Shown piece by piece: positions 10,490-18,926 of a stretch of 64,000 bases of DNA. Numbering within the stretch: position 1 is the stretch's first letter; every line of letters starts with the position of its first letter. The notes beneath the pieces are model-generated. The model was not told where the DNA came from and did no database searches. It saw only the letters and a program-made list of their open reading frames with translations. This DNA is from Bernardetia sp. MNP-M8. GTDB taxonomy: Bacteria; Bacteroidota; Bacteroidia; Cytophagales; Bernardetiaceae. The stretch is taken from the NCBI RefSeq assembly GCF_037126285.1, contig NZ_CP147012.1, positions 3,116,676 to 3,180,675 on the forward strand, in the 5' to 3' direction. Made by a program: the position numbers and the translations under genes.

Positions 10490-10891
10490 ATGAAAAATAC
10501 GCAAAGAGTAGTTGCAACAGATGCAGCCAAAAAAATTATTGATGAGCTAAGAGAAGAAAATGGAGAACTTATGTTCCATCAAAGTGGAGGGTGTTGTGAT
10601 GGTTCACAACCGATGTGCTTTGCAAAAGGAGAATTTAAAGTTGGTTCAAATGATGTTTGGGTGGGAACGATTCACGGATGCGATTTTTTTATGAACCAAT
10701 CTCAATTTGATTATTGGAAACATACGCATCTTACGATTGATGTTACAGAAGGGCGAGGTTCTAGTTTTTCGTTAGAGATTCCTTTGGGTTATCGTTTTAT
10801 TGTCAAGTCCAGACTTTTTACGGAAGAAGAAACCAAAAATTTGATTCCTGTCAAAAATGGAGAGGAATATTTGGAGGAAACAGCTTTATAA
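10490..10891 (+). CDS. DUF779 family protein (aldehyde-dehydrogenase-associated)
   Basis: Motif QSGGCCDGSQPMC. Its position just downstream of the ALDH is the usual context for this family. Confidence 0.55.
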   Translation: MKNTQRVVATDAAKKIIDELREENGELMFHQSGGCCDGSQPMCFAKGEFKVGSNDVWVGTIHGCDFFMNQSQFDYWKHTHLTIDVTEGRGSSFSLEIPLGYRFIVKSRLFTEEETKNLIPVKNGEEYLEETAL

Positions 10892-11010
10892 ATTATTCTT
10901 ACCTCAACGACGGCAACACCTCGTTGACGGTTGAAAACAGAATAAAACTAATAACTAACCGTCGTTGAGGCTCAAATGAAGCCGTCAACGAGGTTTCTTT
11001 ATTAAAAATA

Positions 11011-11223
11011 TCAGCCTTTATACAAACTTCCATCTACTTCCAAGGCAAAAACATTTAGGGCTTCTTTAAACTCCTCATTTTTTATTCCGGCTACAAAAAA
11101 ACCTTTGAGTTCTTGGTAATTTGTGCTCATAGAAGAAGGAATAATTATATCCATTTCTTCAAAATATCCTCTGTAATTGTTGGAATTTAACTGATTTAGG
11201 GCTTTTTGGATTAGTGGGTGCAT
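11011..11223 (-). CDS. small hypothetical protein
   Basis: 70-aa ORF in an otherwise empty region. Weak. Confidence 0.25.
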   Translation of the reverse strand: MHPLIQKALNQLNSNNYRGYFEEMDIIIPSSMSTNYQELKGFFVAGIKNEEFKEALNVFALEVDGSLYKG

Positions 11224-11386
11224 GTTTTTTGTGATTTAATTTTTGTAGATAGATTATTGAACAAAACCAAAAATAATTGTATTACTATTTTTTGTATCTT
11301 AGCTTATCAAAATTACAAAATATATAGATTAAGAAAACACTTGTTTTACAGACTGATAGTTCAAGAAAAAGGAATACAAACCAATT

Positions 11387-12019
11387 ATGAAAAATAAAAT
11401 TCCAAAACCAAAGAATGAAATTCAGTATTTGTACGAAGACATAAAAGAAATTGCAGAGCAGTTTCCTACTGACTATAAGTGGAATTACGAAGAGTTGTGT
11501 AATCATTTTCCTGAAGACCTTTTAGTAAAAGTAGAAATTATTGAAAATAGTCTTTTTGTTTATCCAAGTCCTACTCTAGAACATCAAAGTATTTTAGAAA
11601 ATGTACTCGTAAAATTTCATCGTTTTATCAAAGATGATAATTTAGGACAACTCCTACTTGCTCCTTTAGATGTGCAACTTGACCAAAATAATATTTCACA
11701 GCCTGATATTTTGTTTGTTGCGAAAGATAATCGCAAAATTCTAGGAGAAGCAAGTATTGAAGGCGCACCTGATTTAATTATAGAAATTTGGTTGCCAATG
11801 GAAAGTTCAAAAATAAGAGAAGCAAAAAGAGAACTTTACCAAAAAAATAAAGTAACAGAGTTTTGGCAGGTTTATCCTAAGAGAAAACAAGTTTTTGTAG
11901 AGGTTTTGAATGAAAAAGGAAACTATCAAACCTTTTCAGAAGCAGAAAAAGAAGGAATTATAAAATCGAAGGTATTGACAGGTTTTGAAATAAACATTAC
12001 AGATATTTTTGAAGATTAA
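11387..12019 (+). CDS. Uma2 family (DUF820) putative restriction-endonuclease-like protein
   Basis: PD-(D/E)xK-like region …PDILFVAKDN…APDLIIEIWLP… typical of Uma2. Confidence 0.6.
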   Translation: MKNKIPKPKNEIQYLYEDIKEIAEQFPTDYKWNYEELCNHFPEDLLVKVEIIENSLFVYPSPTLEHQSILENVLVKFHRFIKDDNLGQLLLAPLDVQLDQNNISQPDILFVAKDNRKILGEASIEGAPDLIIEIWLPMESSKIREAKRELYQKNKVTEFWQVYPKRKQVFVEVLNEKGNYQTFSEAEKEGIIKSKVLTGFEINITDIFED

Positions 12020-12022
12020 TTT

Positions 12023-12113
12023 CTCGCACCATTGGTGCGAGTTTTATAAAAACTAATTGTGTCACCACTGGTGACAGTATTTGAAAAGCCGTTGTCGGTG
12101 TCTCACCGACAAC
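12023..12113. repeat. cluster of three GC-rich hairpins (CTCGCACCATTGGTGCGAG; TGTCACCACTGGTGACA; GTTGTCGGTGTCTCACCGACAAC) between convergent genes
   Basis: Perfect palindromes read directly from the sequence. They probably act as bidirectional terminators. A relative of the third hairpin is at 10372..10397. Confidence 0.6.
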
Positions 12114-12124
12114 ACAAAAACAAC

Positions 12125-13744
12125 TTACTCAAATCCTTTAGGTTCAACCATTACCACATCTTCTCTTTCCACGACAACTGCACCAAGTGCTGCTCCTTTT
12201 GGTTTTCTGACATATTTTTTAGGTGTTACGATGACAGGACAAAGCGAATCTGTTTTTCGCTTGGAATAATAGGCTGCTAAACTGGCAGCTTTTTCGATGA
12301 CCGATTTTGGAAATGGTTTTCCTGCTCTATATTTTATCACGACATGCGAACCTGCAACACCACGAGCATGAAGCCACAAATCTTCCTTATAAGCATATTT
12401 TTGAGTAAGTAAGTCGTTGTTTTTAGAATTTTTACCTACCAAAATCTGAAAATCTTGATATTCAAAAACTTTAAATGGAAGTTCATCAGGTTCGCTTTCT
12501 TGTAAATTGGTTACCTTAATTTTATTTTCCTTCAAAAATTTTCGCATTTCTTTGAGTGAATCAAAATTATTTATTTCGTCCAACTGACTTTCAAAAAGGT
12601 GTAATTGCTCTTCTTTTTTCTCTAAATTTTGATACAAATTATCAATTTCTAGTTTTTGATTTTTGCCTTTTCTATAAAAAAGTTCTGCATTTTTTTGTGC
12701 TGATAAATGGTCTTTTAATGGAATTGTGATTTGCTCGTTGGTATAAAAATCAAAAAGTTCTACTGATTTTGAGCGAGGTTCTACAGCGTGAAGATTTGCC
12801 ATCAGAATATGTCCAAATTCTTCGTAACGCATTGTATTTTCTACTTTTTCTATCTTTTTGAGTGTCTTGTCTATGTAGTTTTGAGTTTGGCGATGACGTT
12901 TTTCTATGGCTTTAAGTGCTGCATTTTTTTCTTTGCCTAAATAATAACGCCTTGAAAACTCCATGTAAAACAAATTACAGGCTTCAATGGCATTGTCTGT
13001 TTTGTGTAGAATTTCAGCATCTTTAATAAACTCTTTTGGATTAAGAATCGATAATTTTACTTCATTTGTTTTTAAGAAAACATAAAAATCTAAATTTTCA
13101 ATCTCATCAAAATAAGTAATTAATTTTTCGGTTTCTTGCCAATATTTTTCTCTGTCTTCTGTATTTTCTACTTTATTGTTGATATATTTTAATACATCTT
13201 TTCCAAAAGTAGGAAAGGTTTTCTTGATTCCATTTTCTATAAAATCCTCTTTTTCCTGTTCTATACTTCTATCCAAATCTTCATAAATTATCTCCCAATC
13301 GGCTTGTAGCTTATGTTGAAAAATAGCTTCAATTTCTTGTTCTGAATTTTCACTTTTTGAACTCTCATCTTGAGAAAATAAAATAATATTTGAGCGATTA
13401 CCAAATAATTTGAATAGCAAAGTAAAATTTTCTTCCAATTCTATTCCAAAAGCTCGTTCATTATTAAACTGACGAATACTCGTTATTTTCTTTCCAATAA
13501 TAGAATCAAAAAGATCAATGCTATTTCGCTTTGCTCGTGCAAAAGATTGAGGAAAAGAAAGTGTTGTGAGTTCAGGTGTAAAGGTAGCACGAATCCAAAA
13601 TTCAGTTTCTGGATTGTTATTATCAATAAGTCCTATCAATAATTCATCTTTATTTTGCGAAAAAATAGTCGCAATTTCAAATCCTATAATCTGTTTGGAA
13701 AGTTCGTTGGAAAGACTTCGAATAAAATAATAATTGTTTTGCAT
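12125..13744 (-). CDS. NFACT-family RNA-binding protein (FbpA/RqcH-like)
   Basis: 539 aa. N-terminal NFACT-N-like region, a central coiled coil, and a C-terminal DUF814-like segment (…WLHARGVAGSHVVIKY…). Confidence 0.65.
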   Translation of the reverse strand: MQNNYYFIRSLSNELSKQIIGFEIATIFSQNKDELLIGLIDNNNPETEFWIRATFTPELTTLSFPQSFARAKRNSIDLFDSIIGKKITSIRQFNNERAFGIELEENFTLLFKLFGNRSNIILFSQDESSKSENSEQEIEAIFQHKLQADWEIIYEDLDRSIEQEKEDFIENGIKKTFPTFGKDVLKYINNKVENTEDREKYWQETEKLITYFDEIENLDFYVFLKTNEVKLSILNPKEFIKDAEILHKTDNAIEACNLFYMEFSRRYYLGKEKNAALKAIEKRHRQTQNYIDKTLKKIEKVENTMRYEEFGHILMANLHAVEPRSKSVELFDFYTNEQITIPLKDHLSAQKNAELFYRKGKNQKLEIDNLYQNLEKKEEQLHLFESQLDEINNFDSLKEMRKFLKENKIKVTNLQESEPDELPFKVFEYQDFQILVGKNSKNNDLLTQKYAYKEDLWLHARGVAGSHVVIKYRAGKPFPKSVIEKAASLAAYYSKRKTDSLCPVIVTPKKYVRKPKGAALGAVVVEREDVVMVEPKGFE

Positions 13745-13913
13745 TGATTTTTTTATAAAATTTGGTACTAATCAGACTTAGAATTTTTACTTTGTAATCT
13801 ATAGTATGTATTTCAGACTTCCTAGTCTGAACAAAATGATTTTTTATTTTCAAACAGACTGGAAAGTCTATCATACGTAATTTCTCCTATACAACCCCAA
13901 AAATCACAAAAAG

Positions 13914-15017
13914 ATGCGACAATTTATTTTATTTTTTCTATTCCTTTCATTTTCATTTACTGTTTTGGCTCAAAATGACACTATAAAGGTAGAAAATTTG
14001 GATAAACCACTATCAAAAGTCAAATTTAGTGCGTATTTAGAAACCTATTATATTTATGATTTCAATGAACCTGAAAATCATGTTCGTCCAAACTTTTTTT
14101 ATGCATATCATCGTCATAACGAACTGGCTTTAAATTTAGGATTGATTCAAGCTGATTATGAAACTGAAAAAGTTCGTGCAAGACTTGCGCTTATGACAGG
14201 AACGTACTCAAACATAAATCTAGCAGCAGAAGAAGGTGTTTTGAAAAACATTTATGAAGCATATGCAGGAGTGAAAATTTCAAAAACAAAGAATATATGG
14301 ATTGATGCAGGTATTTTTAGTTCACATATTGGTTTTGAGAGTGCGATTGGAAAAGATTGTCCAACTATGACACGTAGTCTGTTAGCTGAAAATTCGCCTT
14401 ATTATGAAAGTGGAATCAAAATTTCTTATACTTCAGATAATGAAAAATGGTTTCTATCAGGACTTTTACTCAATGGTTGGCAACGCATTCAGCGAGTAGA
14501 AGGAAATCAAACGCTTGCTTTTGGACATCAAATTACTTTTACACCAACCAAAAAAATCACTTTTAATAGTAGTTCTTTTATAGGAAATGACTATCCAACA
14601 GCAGAAAAAAAGATGCGTTATTTCCATGATTTTTTTATGAAAGTTGATTTTTCAGACAAATTTGAAATTATTGCAGGATTTGATATTGGCGCAGAGCAAA
14701 AACAGAAAGAAAGTTCGGAATACAATGTGTGGTATTCGCCTATTTTGATAGCAAAATATAATTTTAATGAAAAAATTTCTTTAGCTGTACGAGCAGAACA
14801 TTATAACGATGAAAATGAAGTTATTATAGTCACAGAAACTCAAAATGGCTTTCAAACCTCAAGTTATTCTATTAATCTGGATTATAAAATAACAGAAAAT
14901 ATACTTTGGAGAATCGAATACCGTAGTCTGAAAAGTAAAGATGACATTTTTATAAAAAATGAAAATTCAGTTTCTACTAACTTATTTTTAGGCTCTTCTT
15001 TAGCTGTTGGTTTTTGA
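13914..15017 (+). CDS. outer-membrane beta-barrel protein (porin-like)
   Basis: Signal peptide, alternating amphipathic beta strands, and a C-terminal aromatic residue (…LAVGF). Confidence 0.45.
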   Translation: MRQFILFFLFLSFSFTVLAQNDTIKVENLDKPLSKVKFSAYLETYYIYDFNEPENHVRPNFFYAYHRHNELALNLGLIQADYETEKVRARLALMTGTYSNINLAAEEGVLKNIYEAYAGVKISKTKNIWIDAGIFSSHIGFESAIGKDCPTMTRSLLAENSPYYESGIKISYTSDNEKWFLSGLLLNGWQRIQRVEGNQTLAFGHQITFTPTKKITFNSSSFIGNDYPTAEKKMRYFHDFFMKVDFSDKFEIIAGFDIGAEQKQKESSEYNVWYSPILIAKYNFNEKISLAVRAEHYNDENEVIIVTETQNGFQTSSYSINLDYKITENILWRIEYRSLKSKDDIFIKNENSVSTNLFLGSSLAVGF

Positions 15018-15146
15018 AACGTATAAATTGTTTGTAATAGACAAAAAAAATAAAAATTTGCTTTAATAGTTGTATTTTGCTTAGATATAGAAATAGTTTT
15101 TTATATTTACTAACATGAAACTTTTAACTTAAACCCCAACGAATAT

Positions 15147-15548
15147 ATGATTATCTATGAAAGTGATTATTCAGTTTTTGATTACGATGAAGAAAATTCT
15201 ATCTTTTCACACATTTTTAAATCAGGAAGCGAAAATTTAAATGCTGAAAAATTTAAGAAAGAAATGCTCACCTATCTTGAGTTTTTTGAAAAATACAGAC
15301 CTAAAAAGGCTTTAGTAAATAATCAGAACATGGAGTATATTATTGTACCTGAATTGCAGGAATGGCATGCTCAAAATATCTTTCCTAAGTGCATTGAGCT
15401 TGGAGTGGAAATGGCTGCCATAGTAGAAACACCTGATTTATTTGCTCAAGTAGCTATGGAACAACTCATGGAAGAAGAAACTACAGGAGGATTTGCAGTT
15501 CGTTTTTTTGATGATGTTGATAAAGCAAAAAATTGGCTAGTATCATAA
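15147..15548 (+). CDS. hypothetical protein
   Basis: 133-aa ORF upstream of the GNAT gene. No motif recognised. Confidence 0.3.
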   Translation: MIIYESDYSVFDYDEENSIFSHIFKSGSENLNAEKFKKEMLTYLEFFEKYRPKKALVNNQNMEYIIVPELQEWHAQNIFPKCIELGVEMAAIVETPDLFAQVAMEQLMEEETTGGFAVRFFDDVDKAKNWLVS

Positions 15549-15612
15549 GTTCTTTATATGTTATCAATCTATTTTTAATAAAAAAAATCTATTATTTTAA
15601 TTTTTAATCAAC

Positions 15613-16326
15613 ATGAATAATCGTAAATCCATGAACAGTCTTTGGTTAGATATGCCTGAAGATGTACAGGTACGCCAAGGTTGTGAGCCAATAGACTGGG
15701 CAAAACTAGAGCAAAAAACAATTTTAGACGGCAATTTTATTGTTCGTGAAGCAACAGAAGCTGACTTAGAAGGTGCATCAGAAGCCTATAAAACAGGATT
15801 TCCAGCTCTAAAAGGCTGTGATTTTGAATTGCTGTTTACACCTGATGGTTTTGCTCCTTTTGTTGGGCAAGGTGAGACATTTAATAAAGGAAATAATTTT
15901 CTTATTGTTATTGAAGAAGTAGCAACCAAAAAAATTGCCTCAGCTTTAATAATTACGATGTGGAAAATGTTGCGTAGAGGCGAGTTATTAGTTATTGCTA
16001 CTCATGAAGATTATCAAGCTGCTGGCTTAGGAACTGAAATCTTGAATGCAGCCGACAAATTATTTGAAGATTCAGGTGTTGAAATGGCTTATGGCTGGTG
16101 TGCAGGTATGCACACAGTTACACAGACTATTTTGAAAGATATGGGTTATGTTCCTAGAGCTGTTGTACCAGGTTTGTATAGACTTTGGGCAGGCGAAGGT
16201 GAGCAATATCGTAGAACAGTAGAAGTATTTTTTCAAAAATTCTATGGGGGTGCAGAAGAAATGTGTACAGCCGATTTGAATCTTTTACCAGAAATAGAAA
16301 AATTACTTATTCCTTGGCGTAAATAA
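15613..16326 (+). CDS. GNAT-family N-acetyltransferase (putative)
   Basis: Motif-A-like segment ...YQAAGLGTEIL... Slightly higher GC than its neighbours. Confidence 0.4.
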   Translation: MNNRKSMNSLWLDMPEDVQVRQGCEPIDWAKLEQKTILDGNFIVREATEADLEGASEAYKTGFPALKGCDFELLFTPDGFAPFVGQGETFNKGNNFLIVIEEVATKKIASALIITMWKMLRRGELLVIATHEDYQAAGLGTEILNAADKLFEDSGVEMAYGWCAGMHTVTQTILKDMGYVPRAVVPGLYRLWAGEGEQYRRTVEVFFQKFYGGAEEMCTADLNLLPEIEKLLIPWRK

Positions 16327-16444
16327 TTTATTCTTCAAAATTATCTCTCAAAAACTCACTTGTTTCATAAAATGAGTGAGTTTTTTATACAACGAACTGA
16401 TAATCCAAAACAAAAAACTCAAACATTTCTGCTTGAGTTTCTTT

Positions 16445-16490
16445 AATTTAACTTGTTCAAGTGTCGACGCTTGAACAAGTTAAATTTATT
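16445..16490. terminator. bidirectional terminator: perfect 17-bp inverted repeat AATTTAACTTGTTCAAG-(TGTCGACG)-CTTGAACAAGTTAAATT
   Basis: Read directly from the sequence. It lies between the convergent GNAT gene and the caspase gene. Confidence 0.65.
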
Positions 16491-18222
16491 TCCTAACAGC
16501 TCCAATCGGCATATTTGGGTCAAAAAGTCCATATAATTCTGGATTCTGACGGTAGTTTGTATACTGGCGAGTTTGTGTTTGGACATAATCAAAAAGTTCT
16601 CTTACCGAAACTATATTATCAGCATTAAAATCAGCTTCGCCTTTCAAGCCACGAATCAAATAATAACTAAAGACTCCTTGACGAATTGTCTTGTTTTCAA
16701 GTGAAGTTTCTTCTGCTTTTGATGACATCATAAGTGCTGTTCCTCCAGAAGTTTTGGCAAGAGCTTGATAATACTTATCCATTGTTGCTTTTACATTTCC
16801 TCTCAAATTTTCACTACTACTTCCCGAATGACAGGCATCTGCAATAAATAATTTGTTTTTTGCTTTGCAGCTTGTAAAAATATCTTGAACGTCTTTGTGC
16901 AGGAGTTTAGTGCTTTCTGTTCCATTGTAATCGTAAGGAATAAAACTACCTTCCAAACCGTGTCCAGCATAATAAAAAATAACTAAATCATTTTCAGAAG
17001 CAGCACTAAACTTTTGACTTAAAGAATTAGTAATTTGTGATTTTGTAGCATTCTCATCTACTAAAAGTGTAATTTGATTGTCAGAAAGTGCGCCACCCTC
17101 TGGGCTTTTCAAAAAGGCATACATTTGATACGCATCATCATCTGAATAACGCAGTGTTGGCATTGCTGTATAACTTGCCACACCTACTACAACTGCCCAA
17201 ACTTTTGGCATTGAAGCGATAGCATTTTCTGCACGAGTGGGAGTAGTAAAGATAATATTTGCTTTATCTGAAAAAAAAGTTCCTTGTGCTGTTGTTGCTT
17301 CCAAACGAATTTCATTAGTTCCGTTTTGCAGTGGAATTTTGCGTTTTATAGTAATAGCACACATAGTGCTTGGGGTGACGGTAAGTCCTCTAATTGGGTC
17401 TTGTTCTTTATTATTCACAAAAACTTTTACTTCATTTACCATCAGTTCGGATTCCAGACACACTTCTAAATCAAAAAAAGAATTTGAAACGGTTGCTGTA
17501 AGTGAAGATGGGTTTTGAAAATGAAATTTTACATTTTTTTGTTCGTTTGCTTTCTTTTCTTCTGCAATAAGTTTGTCAAGAGTTACAATTTTCTTTGCAA
17601 TTTCTGCACGGTTTGGGTGTCCTAATTGTCTTGCTTTTTGGAGGTTTTTTAGGCTTTCTTCATAATTTTTATTCAAATAATTAATGGTAGCCAGTTCATA
17701 ATTTATCTCTGCTGATTTTGTACTTCCTTCTCCCAAAGCCAATCTAAAATTTTCAACTGTTTTATCAGAATTATTTAATTTTTGATACGCATATCCTTTA
17801 AATTCATAAATTTCTGTATTAATTTGAGAATCTTTTTTGGTATTGGATTTTAACGCTTTATCAAAATAAGTAATAGCTTCTTTGTAAGAATCCATTGAAT
17901 AATAACTTTTACCTTTCCACAGATTTGCTTCTGCCAATTTATAATTAAATAAAATCGTTCTGTCCAAATCTGAAATTGCATCTTTATACTTTTCTAAATG
18001 CCATCTAGCTATTCCTCGTTGAAGATAGGCTTCCATATTTCGGCTATTATGTTTCAGAGAAGTTGTATAATCAGTTTCTGCTTGTACATAATTTTTTTGT
18101 TCTAATGCTTGATTTCCACTTTTTAGATAATGTGTATCATACTGAGCAAATACCAAGGTTTGACAGCAAAATAAAAATAAAAAAGTAAGTGTAGTAGTTG
18201 ATATAAAGGAAAAAGTAGGCAT
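16486..18222 (-). CDS. secreted TPR-repeat protein with C-terminal caspase-like peptidase C14 domain
   Basis: Signal peptide. N-terminal TPR-like repeats. C-terminal His/Cys dyad motifs YYAGHG and IADACHSGS. Confidence 0.75.
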   Translation of the reverse strand: MPTFSFISTTTLTFLFLFCCQTLVFAQYDTHYLKSGNQALEQKNYVQAETDYTTSLKHNSRNMEAYLQRGIARWHLEKYKDAISDLDRTILFNYKLAEANLWKGKSYYSMDSYKEAITYFDKALKSNTKKDSQINTEIYEFKGYAYQKLNNSDKTVENFRLALGEGSTKSAEINYELATINYLNKNYEESLKNLQKARQLGHPNRAEIAKKIVTLDKLIAEEKKANEQKNVKFHFQNPSSLTATVSNSFFDLEVCLESELMVNEVKVFVNNKEQDPIRGLTVTPSTMCAITIKRKIPLQNGTNEIRLEATTAQGTFFSDKANIIFTTPTRAENAIASMPKVWAVVVGVASYTAMPTLRYSDDDAYQMYAFLKSPEGGALSDNQITLLVDENATKSQITNSLSQKFSAASENDLVIFYYAGHGLEGSFIPYDYNGTESTKLLHKDVQDIFTSCKAKNKLFIADACHSGSSSENLRGNVKATMDKYYQALAKTSGGTALMMSSKAEETSLENKTIRQGVFSYYLIRGLKGEADFNADNIVSVRELFDYVQTQTRQYTNYRQNPELYGLFDPNMPIGAVRK

Positions 18223-18477
18223 AGAAGTAAAATTTAATATTTAATTAAGCTGGTATTTATTCAGAATTACTCATCTGTATTCTTTATTTTAACGAATAAA
18301 ATTTGGTATTCGTCTATCAAAAAAGAGTATTCATCTATTCTTATTTATACGTACGCAAATAATATGCAAAAAGGTGTCTGAAAAAATATTAGTCTTTCTC
18401 TCAGAGTTTTTTTAACACAAAAAACTCATTTTTTAGGTGTGATTTCTAAAAAATGAGTTCTATAAAACGTAAAAGAA

Positions 18478-18888
18478 TTAAACTACTGTTTCTTTTAGTA
18501 ACCATTCCATTGCAGTTTCCATATCATTAGAAGTTGCCCCCTCTAAATTAGGAGTGTTACCACCTATTTCATTAATTACTTTTTGAGAAGAAAATTTTCC
18601 GAAGACATCACTTGGAAGAATATAGGCATATCTATTATAACCAGCCATTACTGCACGAGGCATCCAATCTTCAAATATCCATTTTTGGTCATCAGGAGAA
18701 GCTGATTTCGTACGAGCAGCATCAAATAATACTTTTCCACTTTGTGTTTCTTCAATAGCCGTAATGATAGCATTGGAGGCTTCTCTAAATATTTTGCTAG
18801 GACAAAAGCCTTCCCAGTTTGTATGTATGTAGCCTTTTTCTTCGTCATAATAAACTTGACAGGCTGGAGTATCATAATAATATTTCAT
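18478..18888 (-). CDS. hypothetical protein
   Basis: 136-aa ORF immediately downstream of the oxygenase-like gene on the same strand, with a 38-nt gap. Confidence 0.35.
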   Translation of the reverse strand: MKYYYDTPACQVYYDEEKGYIHTNWEGFCPSKIFREASNAIITAIEETQSGKVLFDAARTKSASPDDQKWIFEDWMPRAVMAGYNRYAYILPSDVFGKFSSQKVINEIGGNTPNLEGATSNDMETAMEWLLKETVV

Positions 18889-18926
18889 AGAGGTAAGAAT
18901 ATAGTAAGGTTGAATATAAAATAAAG

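Noticed and set aside
12059-12280. ORFs 12059..12280 and 12081..12269 (+)
   Set aside because: They span the hairpin cluster and run antisense into the 3' end of the NFACT gene. There is no coding signal.
15613-16326. GNAT gene as a horizontally acquired island, judged by GC content
   Set aside because: Its GC appears only modestly higher than the flanks by eye. Without computed GC-skew or codon statistics this is not supportable.
17237-17518. ORFs 17237..17518 and 17284..17469 (+) inside the caspase gene, plus the many other nested antisense ORFs in the track (for example 19639..20349, 23255..23527, 26847..27510, 29442..29694, 37421..37793, 42785..43195, 51412..52637)
   Set aside because: All lie antisense within long ORFs that have recognisable domains. 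Their translations are low-complexity.
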